Of a stretch of 64,000 bases of DNA, positions 1 to 10,950 are shown one piece after another. The notes under the pieces were generated by a model. It had not been told where the DNA came from. It worked only from the letters and a program-made list of their open reading frames with translations, and made no database searches. The position numbers and the translations under genes are program-made. Origin of the DNA: an uncultured Candidatus Izemoplasmatales bacterium. GTDB lineage: Bacteria; Bacillota_I; Bacilli_A; Izemoplasmatales; Izemoplasmataceae. The stretch covers positions 5,283-69,282 of the forward strand of contig CAZXSS010000001.1 in assembly GCA_964643385.1 (NCBI GenBank). The letters are read 5' to 3'. Numbering within the stretch: the first letter of the stretch is position 1; every line of letters begins with the position of its first letter.

Positions 1-594
1 AAAATTATCACTAATCGATTCATCGGTTGGTCCATCTAGTTGAACATCGTTCGAATCAAATAAAACGATTAATCGTTCTAATCCAAGGTGCCCTGCCAAA
101 CTCATACCTTCTTGCGTGATGCCTTCTTGTAAATCGCCATCTCCACAGATTACGTAGGTATAATGATCGATAACATTTAGATCTTTTTTATTGAATGTTG
201 CGCGTAAATAGCGTTCAGCAATTGCCATACCAATAGCATTGGTAAAGCCTTGTCCAAGTGGACCTGTGGTTGCATCTAACCCTTCTGTATGACGGTATTC
301 AGGATGCCCGGGGGTTCGTGATTCTAATTGTCTGAAATTCTTTAGTTCTTCCATAGGTAAATCATAGCCTGCAAGATGCAATGTTGAATAGATAAGGGCT
401 GACCCGTGACCTGCAGATAAAACGAATCGGTCTCGGTTAAACCATTCTGGAGCGTTTGGTGTGACGTGTAAATGTTTAGTATACAGTGTATAAAGCATTG
501 GTGCTGCGCCTAAGACGATACCTGGATGACCACTATTGGCCTTGTTAATCATGTCTAGTCCTAAGAAACGCATGGTATTAATGGATTTTTGCAT
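1..594 (-). CDS. tkt: Transketolase, N-terminal part (gene runs off the window start)
   Basis: Not in ORF track. Manual translation from ATG 594: [33 protein letters not shown]...[16 protein letters not shown] (TPP-binding GDG motif). RBS GAAAGG upstream. Frame open to nt 1. Confidence 0.85.
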   Translation of the reverse strand, partial: MQKSINTMRFLGLDMINKANSGHPGIVLGAAPMLYTLYTKHLHVTPNAPEWFNRDRFVLSAGHGSALIYSTLHLAGYDLPMEELKNFRQLESRTPGHPEYRHTEGLDATTGPLGQGFTNAIGMAIAERYLRATFNKKDLNVIDHYTYVICGDGDLQEGITQEGMSLAGHLGLERLIVLFDSNDVQLDGPTDESISDNF

Positions 595-660
595 GTATTA
601 TCAACCTTTCTTTTCTTATCATTCTTATTATACATGAATCTTTAAAAAAGATAAACCATA

Positions 661-693
661 GAGATTGAAAACACCCAACAATGTTGGGTGTTT
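661..693 (-). terminator. Hairpin terminator after sufB
   Basis: aaacacccaa / ttgggtgttt inverted repeat (669-693), 6 nt after the sufB stop. Short U tract (UUUUCAAU) on the minus strand. Confidence 0.55.
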
Positions 694-698
694 ATGTG

Positions 699-2111
699 TT
701 ATCCTATTGAACCTTCCATCTCTAGTTTGATCAGTTGATTCAACTCAACTGCATATTCCATTGGTAGTTCTTTTGCAAATGGTTCTATGAAGCCCATGAT
801 AATCATTTCTGTGGCTTCTTGTTCTGATAATCCACGACTCATTAAGTAGAATAATTGTTCTTCACTGACTTTTGAGACACTTGCTTCATGTTGAACCGTT
901 GCATTATTGTTCGTTACAATATTATAGGGTAGGGTATCTGATGTAGATTCATTATCTAAGATGATGGTATCACATTCAACATTACTTTTAGCGCCGATTG
1001 CGCCTTTAGTATGTCTAACAATACCGCGGTAATTCACACGACCACCTTTGGCACTCATTGATTTAGACACAATTGAGCTTGTCGTGTTTTTACCAATATG
1101 AATCATTTTAGCACCCGTATCTTGGTGCATTCCTTTTCCCGCAAACGCAATTGAAACGGTGGTTCCTTTGGCGCGGTCGCCTTTTAAAATGCAAGCTGGG
1201 TATTTCATATTGATTCCACTGCCGATGTTTCCATCAATCCATTCCATATGCGCATCTTCTTCAACTATAGCGCGTTTGGTAACTAAGTTAACGATATTGT
1301 TCGCCCAGTTTTGAATGGTTGAATAACGGCAATGACCACCTTTTTTAACGAAAATCTCAACGGTGGCAGCATGTAAACTATGCGTAGTATAAATAGGTGC
1401 GGTACATCCTTCTACATAGTGCAAGCTTGCGCCTTCATCAACAATAATTAATGTCCGTTCAAACTGTCCCATTTGTTCTGAGTTGATTCTAAAGTAAGAT
1501 TGTAATGGTTTATCAACTTTGACACCTTTTGGTACATAAATGAACGAGCCACCACTCCAAACAGCACTGTTTAAAGCGGCATATTTATTATCATCATAAG
1601 GAACGACTTTGCTAAAGTATTCTTTAAAGAGTTCAGGATATTCCCTTAATGCGGTATCGGTATCGGTGAATATAACCCCTTGATCTTCTAGTTCTTTAAT
1701 GGTTGAATGGTAGACAACTTCACTTTCAAATTGCGCGCCTACACCGGCCAAGAATTTTTGTTCTGCTTCTGGTATACCAAGTTTGTCAAAGGTGTTCTTA
1801 ATTTCTTCTGGAACATCTTCCCATGATGCTTCACTGCGTTCTGATGGTTTTATATAGTAAGTGATGTCTTCAAAATTCACAGCTTCTAAGCTTGGTCCCC
1901 AGTTTTGATTGGGTAAAGATATGAATTTTTTATATGATTTCAAACGGAATTCTTCCATCCATTTGGGTTCTTTTTTTATTTCTGATATTTCTTTAACAAT
2001 ATCCTCTGTAAGGCCTTTACCTGTATCTATAACGGATTTAGTTTCTGTCTTAAATCCGTATTTATAATCGCCGATAATGCGTTCGATTTCTTTTTTGGTT
2101 GTATCACTCAT
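699..2111 (-). CDS. sufB: Fe-S cluster assembly protein SufB
   Basis: 470-aa ORF with typical SufB sequence throughout; last gene of sufCDSUB order. ATG 2111 (MSDTTKK) preferred over the GTG at 2120 listed in the track. Confidence 0.93.
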   Translation of the reverse strand: MSDTTKKEIERIIGDYKYGFKTETKSVIDTGKGLTEDIVKEISEIKKEPKWMEEFRLKSYKKFISLPNQNWGPSLEAVNFEDITYYIKPSERSEASWEDVPEEIKNTFDKLGIPEAEQKFLAGVGAQFESEVVYHSTIKELEDQGVIFTDTDTALREYPELFKEYFSKVVPYDDNKYAALNSAVWSGGSFIYVPKGVKVDKPLQSYFRINSEQMGQFERTLIIVDEGASLHYVEGCTAPIYTTHSLHAATVEIFVKKGGHCRYSTIQNWANNIVNLVTKRAIVEEDAHMEWIDGNIGSGINMKYPACILKGDRAKGTTVSIAFAGKGMHQDTGAKMIHIGKNTTSSIVSKSMSAKGGRVNYRGIVRHTKGAIGAKSNVECDTIILDNESTSDTLPYNIVTNNNATVQHEASVSKVSEEQLFYLMSRGLSEQEATEMIIMGFIEPFAKELPMEYAVELNQLIKLEMEGSIG

Positions 2112-2544
2112 CGTTATCACTCGCTTTCTTTAGCGTTTCTTCAAACGCTTTCCATGCAATGGATGCACATTTAACGCGCGCAGGAAATTTTGTGACGCCT
2201 TGGAATGCTAGCGCATCTTCTAATTCTGCGTCTTCATCAAATGGTTTGTTAATAATCATTTTTAAATAATTATTGGCTAAATATTCAGCGTCGCTGACTT
2301 TTTTACCCTTAAGTAAATCCGATAATACACTGGCACTGGCGCAGCAAATGCTACAGCCTGACCCATCATGTCTAATATCTTTTACAATGCCATCTTCAAC
2401 ATAGGATTGAACAGTGATATCATCACCACAACTCGGATTTTTAATATGGTGTGTATGATAATTTGGATCGGCTTTTAACCCTTTATTTCTTGGGTGTTTA
2501 TAGTGATCCATAATGATTTGTCTATATAAGGTTTCTAGTTGCAT
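2104..2544 (-). CDS. sufU: SufU/IscU-like sulfur-transfer scaffold
   Basis: [21 protein letters not shown] and RVKCASIAW motifs (three conserved Cys), sited between sufS and sufB. Confidence 0.9.
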   Translation of the reverse strand: MQLETLYRQIIMDHYKHPRNKGLKADPNYHTHHIKNPSCGDDITVQSYVEDGIVKDIRHDGSGCSICCASASVLSDLLKGKKVSDAEYLANNYLKMIINKPFDEDAELEDALAFQGVTKFPARVKCASIAWKAFEETLKKASDNDE

Positions 2545-2555
2545 CGTATGACCTC

Positions 2556-3764
2556 CTAAAAGCCTACATCGCTAAAGAATTGTCGTGCGTTTTTTACATT
2601 TTCAATAAAGACATCAACATCGTCTTCGGTGTTGTATACATAAAATGTTGCACGTAAAGTAGCGGCAACACCAAGCCATTTAATGACTAGTTGCGCACAA
2701 TGATGTCCAGCGCGCATGGCGATGTTGTTTTCATCAAAATAACTGACAGCATCATGCGGATGAACCCCGTCAAAATTAAAGGTAATAATGCCAGTTTCTG
2801 AGGTTTTATTGTAGACAGTAACGCCGTCAATGTTTAACAATGCGTTCACGGCTTTTTCTTTTAACGTGCGTTCGTGTTCAATAATGTTATTAATGCCTAT
2901 CGACTCGATATATTTAATTGCACTGGCAAATCCAATGGCTTCTGCGATTGGCGGTGTTCCCGTCTCAAACTTATACGGGCTGTCTTTCCATGTCCCATCA
3001 TAAGCATCGACATTATCATTCATGTCCCCGCCGTATTCTAGCGGTTCCATGGCATTTAATAAGTGTTCTTTTCCGTATAAAATACCGATTCCTGTTGGCC
3101 CAAACATTTTATGGGCTGAGAATGCTAAAAAATCACAATCTAAAGTTTGAACATCGATTGCCATATGCGGTGCAGCTTGGGCTGCATCAACACTGACAAT
3201 CGCATTTTTTTCATGGGCTAGTGCGATAATTTCTTTAAGCGGTGTAATGTAACCCATGACATTGGATATATAGGTTATGGCAACAACTTTGGTTTTATCT
3301 GTTAGTACCTTTTTAACATTCTCTATGGTTATTCTGCCTTCTTCTGTTAGCGGAATATAGATAAGTTTTGCGCCGACTTTCTTGGCAACTTGTTGCCACG
3401 GTAAAACATGTGAGTGATGTTCTAGCTCACTCACTATAATTTCATCACCTTTAGATACATGCTCAATCCCATAACGCAGTGCAACAAGGTTAAGTGCACT
3501 TGATGCGCCTCTAGTAAAGACGACTTCATTAAATGATGCGTTGATATAATCTGCGATGGTTTGGCGTGCGCTAGTGTAGTGTTCTGTTGCTTTGTAGCTC
3601 ATTTTATAAACGCCTCGGTGCACGTTAACTGGGTATTCTGTATAGTATTCGTTCATCGCATCAATCACGGGTTGTGGTGTCAAACTGCTTGCGGCAGTAT
3701 CTAAATAAATAAGTGATTGTTTTTGTAATATTGGAAAGTCTTTTTTAAGGGTACTTGCGTCCAT
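2556..3764 (-). CDS. sufS: Cysteine desulfurase SufS (class V aminotransferase)
   Basis: PLP-lysine motif SAHKMFGPTGIG and active-site RAGHHCAQ; 402 aa; suf operon context. Confidence 0.93.
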   Translation of the reverse strand: MDASTLKKDFPILQKQSLIYLDTAASSLTPQPVIDAMNEYYTEYPVNVHRGVYKMSYKATEHYTSARQTIADYINASFNEVVFTRGASSALNLVALRYGIEHVSKGDEIIVSELEHHSHVLPWQQVAKKVGAKLIYIPLTEEGRITIENVKKVLTDKTKVVAITYISNVMGYITPLKEIIALAHEKNAIVSVDAAQAAPHMAIDVQTLDCDFLAFSAHKMFGPTGIGILYGKEHLLNAMEPLEYGGDMNDNVDAYDGTWKDSPYKFETGTPPIAEAIGFASAIKYIESIGINNIIEHERTLKEKAVNALLNIDGVTVYNKTSETGIITFNFDGVHPHDAVSYFDENNIAMRAGHHCAQLVIKWLGVAATLRATFYVYNTEDDVDVFIENVKNARQFFSDVGF

Positions 3765-3772
3765 AGTTTCAC

Positions 3773-4804
3773 CTACTGTATTCTATCGTTTAGTAATGTT
3801 TCTATGTGCGTTTTTAAGTGTTCATTATGAATCATTGTATTAAGTGGGGCTAAATAGCCTTGAATAATTAAGCGTTCTGCGGCTTTTTGATCTAATCCGC
3901 GGCTCATTAAATAATAGAGTTGATCTTCATCAATTTTACCAATGGCTGCGCCGTGTGATGCTTCTACATCATATTCATCAATCAGTAAAAACGGGTTGGC
4001 ATCTAGTCTAGCGTTGTCACCGATAACAATACCTTTGTTGCTTTGTCTTGCGTTACTTCTTCGCATCCCTTTATGAATTTTACCGGTACCATCAAAGAGT
4101 AACGTACTCGCATCATTGGCAACGCCATAATGCTCAATGAAGCCTTCTGTAAATGGGGCACGGTGTTCAATCAGCGTTTTGATTAAGGCCTCTTGGTGTT
4201 TGGTGGTTAAGGCAACCGTTTTTGATGTTGCACGGGCATAATCTTCGGTTAGATAGACATTGTTTTCTTGGTGCATGACACCGCTTGCAAAGGCAGCGTG
4301 GGTATAGTTCATTGTTCCATACCGTTTAACGTCTGCATTTCTGATGGCTGCTTTAACGCTATCTTTGGTCATGTTAGAGATTGAGGTATATGAGAGTGTT
4401 GCTTGTTCTTGTACACGTGATTGACTCATTAACGTTACGCTGCGTTTGTTATCTGCATAAACATATTCAATGAGCGGAAACGATGATAAGCGATCAATAT
4501 CGATTTCTGTACGGTGAACTAAATCTTTATCACGCGCAATAATGAATACGTATAAGGGGATTTCAAACGTTACTTTTTTTCCTATAGATAATGCAAAAAA
4601 GCTGTTTACTTTATCCGTAGAAAACAGGTCTTTTTTGTCGCTATCGATGGTTGTTTTTGAAAAGATATCAGCGGTTTTATCTGTTGTAATATCTAGTGTA
4701 TCAAATGGCGCATTAAGCGTGCTATGGGTAATCGTTCCATCTTCTATTACTAAGACATTGTCTAGGTGGTCAATGATTGGCTTTAACGCGTTTGGAAGAG
4801 CCAT
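3773..4804 (-). CDS. sufD: Fe-S cluster assembly protein SufD (short form)
   Basis: C-terminal SufB/D beta-helix signature (EASHGAAIGKIDEDQLYYLMSRGL) and position between sufC and sufS. Confidence 0.85.
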   Translation of the reverse strand: MALPNALKPIIDHLDNVLVIEDGTITHSTLNAPFDTLDITTDKTADIFSKTTIDSDKKDLFSTDKVNSFFALSIGKKVTFEIPLYVFIIARDKDLVHRTEIDIDRLSSFPLIEYVYADNKRSVTLMSQSRVQEQATLSYTSISNMTKDSVKAAIRNADVKRYGTMNYTHAAFASGVMHQENNVYLTEDYARATSKTVALTTKHQEALIKTLIEHRAPFTEGFIEHYGVANDASTLLFDGTGKIHKGMRRSNARQSNKGIVIGDNARLDANPFLLIDEYDVEASHGAAIGKIDEDQLYYLMSRGLDQKAAERLIIQGYLAPLNTMIHNEHLKTHIETLLNDRIQ

Positions 4805-4806
4805 TA

Positions 4807-5640
4807 TTATTCTAAGGCTTCTTTCGTGGCACAGGTGCCTAACATAACGCGTGATGATTCTTCATCATCTTTAATGACGCGTTCGTCATCAATTCCTAGT
4901 TCTTCTTTAATCCAATCATAGCCATCTTGATCAATACGTTTCATAAGCTCTGTACTTCCTGATTTGACAATCCGTCCTTGCATCATTACATGGACATAAT
5001 CAGCGTTAATGTAGTCTAATAGACGTTGATAATGGGTAATAAGCAGTAAGCCAAGGTCATCAGATTGCATGCTTGTCACGTTGTCACCAACGATTTTTAA
5101 CGCATCAACATCTAACCCTGAATCGATTTCATCTAAAATGGCAATGCTTGGTTTCAGCATTTTCATTTGTAAGATTTCGTTACGCTTTTTCTCACCACCA
5201 CTGAAGCCTTCGTTTAAATATCTATGGGGTAAATCTTCACTCATCTTGAGTTCTTTAACGGCTTTATCATACGCACGGATAAACTTAAATAACGACAACT
5301 TATCATCATCAGCTAAGCGGGCGTTCATGGCACTTTTGATAAAGTCACTGTTGGTGACACCAGGTACTTCTGCAGGGGATTGCATCGCTAAGAATAATCC
5401 TAGACGGGCACGTTCATCAACACTCATAGCTAAAACGTCTTCACCATCTAATGTAATCGTTCCTTCAGTTACCTCGTAACGCGGATGTCCCATGATGACA
5501 CTTGCTAAGGTACTTTTACCTGTTCCATTTGGTCCCATGATGGCATGGGTTTCGCCACCCTTTATGGTTAAATCAACACCCTTTAGAATTTCTTTTCCTT
5601 CAACACGGGCGTGTAAGTTTTGAATTTTTAATATTGCCAT
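4807..5640 (-). CDS. sufC: Fe-S cluster assembly ATPase SufC
   Basis: Walker A GPNGTGKST, signature FSGGEKKR, Walker B ILDEIDSGLD. Strong RBS AAGGAGG. About 20 aa acidic C-terminal extension. Confidence 0.93.
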   Translation of the reverse strand: MAILKIQNLHARVEGKEILKGVDLTIKGGETHAIMGPNGTGKSTLASVIMGHPRYEVTEGTITLDGEDVLAMSVDERARLGLFLAMQSPAEVPGVTNSDFIKSAMNARLADDDKLSLFKFIRAYDKAVKELKMSEDLPHRYLNEGFSGGEKKRNEILQMKMLKPSIAILDEIDSGLDVDALKIVGDNVTSMQSDDLGLLLITHYQRLLDYINADYVHVMMQGRIVKSGSTELMKRIDQDGYDWIKEELGIDDERVIKDDEESSRVMLGTCATKEALE

Positions 5641-5716
5641 AATATTACCTCCTTAAGTCCATATTTATTGTATATGATAGACGCGTGTTTTGCTAACGAT
5701 ATGATATATTTTTTCA

Positions 5717-5746
5717 TAAAAAAAGATGCTAATAGGTAGCATCTTT
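5717..5746 (-). terminator. Rho-independent terminator after the MgtC-family gene
   Basis: aaagatgcta / tagcatcttt stem (5722-5746), followed on the minus strand by U7 (plus-strand A-run 5718-5724). Confidence 0.8.
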
Positions 5747-5752
5747 AATTGC

Positions 5753-6235
5753 TTAATGATGGATATCTTCAACCATCCCGCGAAAGACGTTTTTAATGAT
5801 GGTTAAGACAAATAAGACAAGTAGTGATAAGGTAATCCCCAACCAGTAATATCCGTACCCAAAGATAATGCCGATAATAGCGCCAATCCATAGGGTTGAT
5901 GCAGTCGTTAATCCACTGATATATCCATTGGTTTTAATGATGGCACCTGTTCCTAAAAACCCGATACCTGAAACAATTTGCGCAACAATCCGTTGCCGTT
6001 GTATAACGACTTCACCTTTGAAGTCTTCTGGTAAGGTTTGAATAAATTGGATGGCATCATAAATCATGTATTCTTGCACAATCGTCAGTCCAGCTGCCCC
6101 AAGCGCAACTAAAATGTGGGTGGTTAACCCAGCGATTTTGTTTCGTCTTTGGCGTTCGTATCCGATGAGGCCGACGAATAATATTGTAAGTCCTAAACTT
6201 TGTAAAATGTATAATAAATCAATTTCTTGTCCCAT
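5753..6235 (-). CDS. MgtC/SapB family membrane protein (membrane domain only)
   Basis: About 160 aa, 4-5 TM, GLTTASTLW motif typical of MgtC family. ATG 6235 has RBS GAAGGTGA; the track start at 6244 is GTG. Confidence 0.75.
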   Translation of the reverse strand: MGQEIDLLYILQSLGLTILFVGLIGYERQRRNKIAGLTTHILVALGAAGLTIVQEYMIYDAIQFIQTLPEDFKGEVVIQRQRIVAQIVSGIGFLGTGAIIKTNGYISGLTTASTLWIGAIIGIIFGYGYYWLGITLSLLVLFVLTIIKNVFRGMVEDIHH

Positions 6236-6263
6236 AAATATCACCTTCGTTATTTAACAATAT

Positions 6264-6292
6264 ATTATAAACGCTTACATGCTAAAAATCAA
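6264..6292 (-). promoter_or_regulatory. Sigma-70-type promoter for the MgtC-family gene
   Basis: Minus strand reads TTGATT-17 nt-TATAAT (plus-strand aatcaa 6287-6292, attata 6264-6269). Confidence 0.5.
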
Positions 6293-6323
6293 GCCCTTTT
6301 GGGGTATTTATGAAACTTCTTTC

Positions 6324-6358
6324 ATAAAAAAGAAAGGCATACCTTGCGGCATGCCTTT
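6324..6358 (-). terminator. Rho-independent terminator after PFOR
   Basis: aaaggcat(a)cc / gg(c)atgccttt stem with one G-U on the minus strand, followed by CUUUUUU. Confidence 0.8.
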
Positions 6359-6364
6359 GTAAGT

Positions 6365-9300
6365 TTATTCTGCTTTTTCTTCTGAATAGTCCATCGCTTC
6401 ATAGCGTTTATACATTCTATAACGGCTTTTAGCGTGTTCTAAGTTCTCTTTAAAGAGTTGTTCTGCTTTATCTGGGTTGATGTCAGCAAGCTGTGAATAG
6501 CGAGCTTCATTCATAAGGAATTCTTTATATTTATCCCATTTTGGTTCTTTAGAATCTAATTTAAATGGGTTTTTTCCTTCATCAGTTAATGCTGGATTAT
6601 AGCGGAAGGTTGGCCAGTATCCACTTTCGGTTGCAAGTTTCATTTGGTCGTTTGAGTGGGTAAGTCCACCTTTAATTTTGTGGGCAATACATGGGCTATA
6701 TGCAAGGACAATTGATGGTCCTTCATGTGCTTCTGCTTCACGCATAGCGCGAAGTACTTGTTGTTGGCTTGCCCCGATTGATACTTGAGCAACATAGACA
6801 TGACCATACGTCATTGCCATTGCCGCTAAGTCTTTTTTCTTACCAGGTTTACCAGATGCAGTAAAGGCAGCGATTGATCCTTTTGGTGCTGCTTTACTTG
6901 ATTGTCCACCAGTGTTCGAATAAACTTGGGTATCTAGTACTAAGATATTGATGTCATCATTATTGGCGATAACATGGTCAACACCACCAAAGCCAATATC
7001 ATATGCCCATCCGTCGCCACCGATAATCCAGTTTGATTGTTTAACGAGGTATTGTTCTAGGCTTCTAAATTCTTTTCCTAGTTCACCGTTCATATTTTGG
7101 ATTAATGGGTGTAGTTTGTTGGCGATCTCAAGTGTTCTTTCGCCATCTTTACGGTTTTCAACCCACTCAGTTAAGAGGGATGTCATTTCCTTAGGCATAT
7201 CGTCTTTATTTTCTGCGAATAATGTTTGAAGACGGTCACGGATAGCCTCTTGTGCATGACGCATTCCGAATCCGAACTCTGCATTATCTTCAAATAAACT
7301 GTTTGCCCATGCTGGACCGCGTCCATTGTCTAAGGTTGTGTATGGGGTTGCTGGGAATGATCCACCATAAATTGATGAACATCCTGTTGCGTTTGCAATC
7401 ATCATACGATCACCAAATAATTGGGTAACAAGTTTAACATATGGTGTTTCACCGCACCCTGCACATGCACCACTGAATTCAAAGAGTGGTTTGGCAAATT
7501 GTGAATTTTTCGCATTGGTTTTTTGAACTAAATTGTCTTTATATGAGACTTCATTGAATAAGTATTCTGCGTTTTTCGCTTCACCTTTTTCAATTTCATC
7601 ACCAATAGGACTCATTTTTAATGCTTTGTCTGGTTTAGCAGGACATACTTGAACACAAACACCGCATCCTGTACAGTCTAAGGTTGAGATTTGAATTTTA
7701 TACTTAAGATCTTCTAATCCTTTACCTTTAGCATCTAATGTTTTAAGACCTTCAGGTGCGTTTTCCATTTCTTCTTCTGTGAGTAAGAACGGACGAATTA
7801 CACCATGTGGACATGCGAATGCACATTGGTTACATTGGATACAGTTGTCATCAATCCACTCAGGAACGTAGTTGGCAATACCGCGTTTTTCATAAGCAGT
7901 AGACCCTTGTAACATGGTTCCGTCAAAGTAGTCTTCAAACGCTGATACTGGTAAGTCATATCCTTCAATTTTGTTTACTGGTTCAGCAATATTTTTTACG
8001 TAATCTGGAATATCTTTACGTTCAGGTTCTTTATCATCTTCAAGGTCTTTCCAAGCTGGGTCGATACTTACTTCGACAAGCCCTTCTTTTCCTTTTTCAA
8101 CAGCTGCCCAGTTTTTCTCAACGATGTCTTGTCCTTTACGTCCGTAAGCTTTTTTCGCGTAGTCTTTCATTAATTGCTGCGCTTCATCATAAGGCATGAT
8201 TTGTTCGTTTAAGGCAAAGAATGCTGATTGCATGATGGTATTGATTTTACCACCAAGACCAACTTCTTCTGCGAGTTTAACGGCATTAATGATGAATAAT
8301 TTCGCATCTTTTTCTGCCAGTTGACGTTTTACTTTATTTGGTAGTGCTTTTTGGATATCTTTTGGTGTTTTAATGGTATTAAGTAAGAATGTTCCGCCTT
8401 TACGTAATCCCTTTAACATGTCATATCCATGTAAGTATGATTCTTTTGAACATGAGACGAAGTGTGGTTGGCTAACTAAGTAGGTACTACGGATTGGGTT
8501 ATCACTGAAACGTAAATGCATGCGGGTAACCCCACCTGATTTTTTCGAGTCATAGCTTGAATAGGCTTGTGCATAAAGGTCTGTGTTTTCCCCGATAATT
8601 TTAATCGTATTTTTACTTGCGCCTACGGTACCATCACTACCAAATCCAAAGAATAATAATTCTGTGGTTGATGGGTCAATGGTATCAATGCCTTTTGCAG
8701 GTTTAAGTGATGAGTTATTAACGTCATCTTCAATACCAATGGTGAAGTTTGTTTTGAGTTCGCCAGCTAAGTTGTCATAAACTGCAACAATTTGTGCTGG
8801 GGTTGTGTCTTTACTTGAAAGACCATAACGTCCGCCAACGATAACTGGGGCGTTTTCTTTGCCGTAAAATACGCTTTTAATGTCTAGGAATAATGGTTCA
8901 CCAATTGATCCATTTTCTTTAGTGCGGTCTAAGACAGCGATGCGTTTTACTGTATCAGGTATTGCATCTAAGAAGTATTTTGTGCTAAACGGACGGAATA
9001 AATGAACTGATAAAAGTCCTACTTTACGACCGTTTTTGTTTAAGAAATCAACCGTTTCACGAATGGTTTCAGTGACTGATCCCATTGCGATGATAACATC
9101 TTCAGCGTCTTTGGCACCATAGTAAACAAACGGCGCATAATCGCGTCCAGTTTCTTTACTGATTTCTGCCATGTACTCATTAACAATATCAGGCACATTG
9201 GTATAAAATTTTTCTTGTAATTCGCGTGCTTGCATGTAAACGTCATCGTTTTGTGCAGACCCGCGAGTCACAGGATGTGATGAGTTAAGTGCGCGTTCTC

Positions 9301-9916
9301 TAAATGCTCTAACCGCGTCGCGGTCTATTAAGCGATCAAAGACGCTATAATCCATCACTTCAATTTTATTAACCTCATGTGATGTTCTGAAACCATCAAA
9401 GAAATGTAAGAATGGGACACTTGATTTAATAGCCGCTAAGTGTGCTATCCCTGCAAGGTCCATTGTTTGTTGAACTGATCCCGATGCAAGCATCGCAAAT
9501 CCTGTTTGACGTGTTGCCATAACATCTTGATGGTCTCCAAAAATAGATAGTGCTTGTACTGCTATACTACGTGCTGCAACATGAATAACGCCAGGGAGTA
9601 ATTCCCCTGCCATTTTATACATGTTAGGCATTTTTAAGAGTAACCCTTGAGATGCTGTATACGTGGTCGTCAGCGCGCCAGCTTGTAGTGAACCATGAAC
9701 CGTTCCTGCCGCTCCTGCTTCAGATTGCATTTCAATAACTTTAACAGGCATTCCGAAAAGATTTTTCTTTCCTTGTGAAGCCCATAAGTCAGTAAGCTCA
9801 GCCATCGGTGAAGATGGAGTGATTGGATAAATTCCGGCAACCTCAGTAAACGCATAAGATGCGTGTGCTGCGGCTTGATTTCCATCCATTGACTGGAATA
9901 CTTTTTTTGTCGCCAT
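6365..9916 (-). CDS. nifJ: Pyruvate:ferredoxin (flavodoxin) oxidoreductase, single-polypeptide type
   Basis: 1183 aa. Two 4Fe-4S motifs (CIQCNQCAFACP, CTGCGVCVQVCP), TPP domain GGDGWAYDIGFGG, typical N-terminus MDGNQAAAHASYAF. Confidence 0.96.
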   Translation of the reverse strand: MATKKVFQSMDGNQAAAHASYAFTEVAGIYPITPSSPMAELTDLWASQGKKNLFGMPVKVIEMQSEAGAAGTVHGSLQAGALTTTYTASQGLLLKMPNMYKMAGELLPGVIHVAARSIAVQALSIFGDHQDVMATRQTGFAMLASGSVQQTMDLAGIAHLAAIKSSVPFLHFFDGFRTSHEVNKIEVMDYSVFDRLIDRDAVRAFRERALNSSHPVTRGSAQNDDVYMQARELQEKFYTNVPDIVNEYMAEISKETGRDYAPFVYYGAKDAEDVIIAMGSVTETIRETVDFLNKNGRKVGLLSVHLFRPFSTKYFLDAIPDTVKRIAVLDRTKENGSIGEPLFLDIKSVFYGKENAPVIVGGRYGLSSKDTTPAQIVAVYDNLAGELKTNFTIGIEDDVNNSSLKPAKGIDTIDPSTTELLFFGFGSDGTVGASKNTIKIIGENTDLYAQAYSSYDSKKSGGVTRMHLRFSDNPIRSTYLVSQPHFVSCSKESYLHGYDMLKGLRKGGTFLLNTIKTPKDIQKALPNKVKRQLAEKDAKLFIINAVKLAEEVGLGGKINTIMQSAFFALNEQIMPYDEAQQLMKDYAKKAYGRKGQDIVEKNWAAVEKGKEGLVEVSIDPAWKDLEDDKEPERKDIPDYVKNIAEPVNKIEGYDLPVSAFEDYFDGTMLQGSTAYEKRGIANYVPEWIDDNCIQCNQCAFACPHGVIRPFLLTEEEMENAPEGLKTLDAKGKGLEDLKYKIQISTLDCTGCGVCVQVCPAKPDKALKMSPIGDEIEKGEAKNAEYLFNEVSYKDNLVQKTNAKNSQFAKPLFEFSGACAGCGETPYVKLVTQLFGDRMMIANATGCSSIYGGSFPATPYTTLDNGRGPAWANSLFEDNAEFGFGMRHAQEAIRDRLQTLFAENKDDMPKEMTSLLTEWVENRKDGERTLEIANKLHPLIQNMNGELGKEFRSLEQYLVKQSNWIIGGDGWAYDIGFGGVDHVIANNDDINILVLDTQVYSNTGGQSSKAAPKGSIAAFTASGKPGKKKDLAAMAMTYGHVYVAQVSIGASQQQVLRAMREAEAHEGPSIVLAYSPCIAHKIKGGLTHSNDQMKLATESGYWPTFRYNPALTDEGKNPFKLDSKEPKWDKYKEFLMNEARYSQLADINPDKAEQLFKENLEHAKSRYRMYKRYEAMDYSEEKAE

Positions 9917-9962
9917 TGCAAAACCTCCAATAATATTTTCTTATATGTTGTCATACAACAAA

Positions 9963-9991
9963 ATTATACTACAAGTCCTTGCTTTTCACAA
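9963..9991 (-). promoter_or_regulatory. Sigma-70-type promoter for PFOR
   Basis: Minus strand reads TTGTGA-17 nt-TATAAT, about 45 nt upstream of RBS GGAGG and ATG 9916. Confidence 0.6.
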
Positions 9992-10009
9992 CCTGAAATC
10001 CGGAATTAT

Positions 10010-10041
10010 AAAAAAAGAAAACACTTACATTTAGTGTTTTC
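10010..10041 (-). terminator. Rho-independent terminator after the kinase-fold gene
   Basis: gaaaacac / gtgttttc stem (10017-10041), followed by U7 on the minus strand. Confidence 0.8.
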
Positions 10042-10065
10042 TTTCAGTTTAGAATTCAAGGGGGA

Positions 10066-10938
10066 TTATTTCAATTTAGCAAGTAATGCCTCGGCTTTAT
10101 CTAAATACATAGCGGCCACTTTTGCGAAATCGACTTGTAAATCTTCGCTTAGTCCAATGAAGTCTTTATATAGGGCAACATTGTGCCATTGTAAGCATTG
10201 GAATGTGCGCCATAAATAGAGTCTATTCCATTCATCATCTGTGGGTGTTTTGTCTAAATAAACAGGTAAAAGTTTGATTGCGTGGTCAAAGTCATTATTC
10301 CCAAAACAGGCAATATCATAGAGTGGGTCATTGTTTCCAGTAAATTCCCAATCCACTAATTTTAGACTATCTTTGGTAATAACGAAGTTACTGATTTGTG
10401 CGTCTCCGTGACATAATACTTTCTCTTGTGAATCAAGTAGTGGTTGATTACTTAATAACGCGTTTTTGTAAGTAAAATACCGTGTGTCATGTTGATGTTC
10501 ATACGCTTTTACAAGGGTTTCATATTTGGTTAAGCGGGTAAATGGGTCGTAATCAAATTTGCTGGTTAAGTCGCTATGGTGAATTTTTTTCAAGGTTTTT
10601 GCGGCATCTTCTAGATAGTTAGTTGGATCTTTTTCATGCATTGGTGTGCCTTCAATATAGGTGGCAATTTTATACCCATTCTCAACGTCTAAAAACAGGG
10701 TATCGTTGCTTAAATTTAATGGTTCTATCAGCTCTAGATGATAGTGCTCTTTAACCCGGTCGACAAATTGTTCTGCATTTTTCCCAGGAATTCTAAAGGT
10801 GTATTTTTTGTCTTCTACGGTAATGACATAGGTATAGTTTGACATGCCACCCATTAGGCGTTTATCAAGGGCTACATCGGATTCATCTACCCCAAAAAAT
10901 GTGCTGCATACAGCTTTAATAATTGCTTCATGTTCCAT
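10066..10938 (-). CDS. Choline/ethanolamine-kinase family phosphotransferase (APH fold, LicA-like)
   Basis: Brenner-type motif LCHGDAQISNF and DWEFTGNNDPLYDIA. ATG 10938 has RBS AAGGAG; the track start is an upstream GTG. Confidence 0.65.
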   Translation of the reverse strand: MEHEAIIKAVCSTFFGVDESDVALDKRLMGGMSNYTYVITVEDKKYTFRIPGKNAEQFVDRVKEHYHLELIEPLNLSNDTLFLDVENGYKIATYIEGTPMHEKDPTNYLEDAAKTLKKIHHSDLTSKFDYDPFTRLTKYETLVKAYEHQHDTRYFTYKNALLSNQPLLDSQEKVLCHGDAQISNFVITKDSLKLVDWEFTGNNDPLYDIACFGNNDFDHAIKLLPVYLDKTPTDDEWNRLYLWRTFQCLQWHNVALYKDFIGLSEDLQVDFAKVAAMYLDKAEALLAKLK

Positions 10939-10950
10939 GATAATCACTCC

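Noticed and set aside
2918-3196. 92-aa plus-strand ORF inside sufS. Others of the same kind: 4542-4847, 5069-5479, 6066-6257, 6948-7229, 8583-8780.
   Set aside because: Antisense shadow ORFs lying wholly within long, well-supported minus-strand genes. They have low-complexity translations, no RBS and no motifs.
9040-9246. Same-strand alternative-frame ORFs: 9040-9246 and 9670-9954 in PFOR; also 14764-14949, 15076-15285, 22855-23058, 31092-31274, 34613-34876, 54334-54516.
   Set aside because: Each is nested out of frame inside a larger ORF with clear family motifs. None has an independent start signal.
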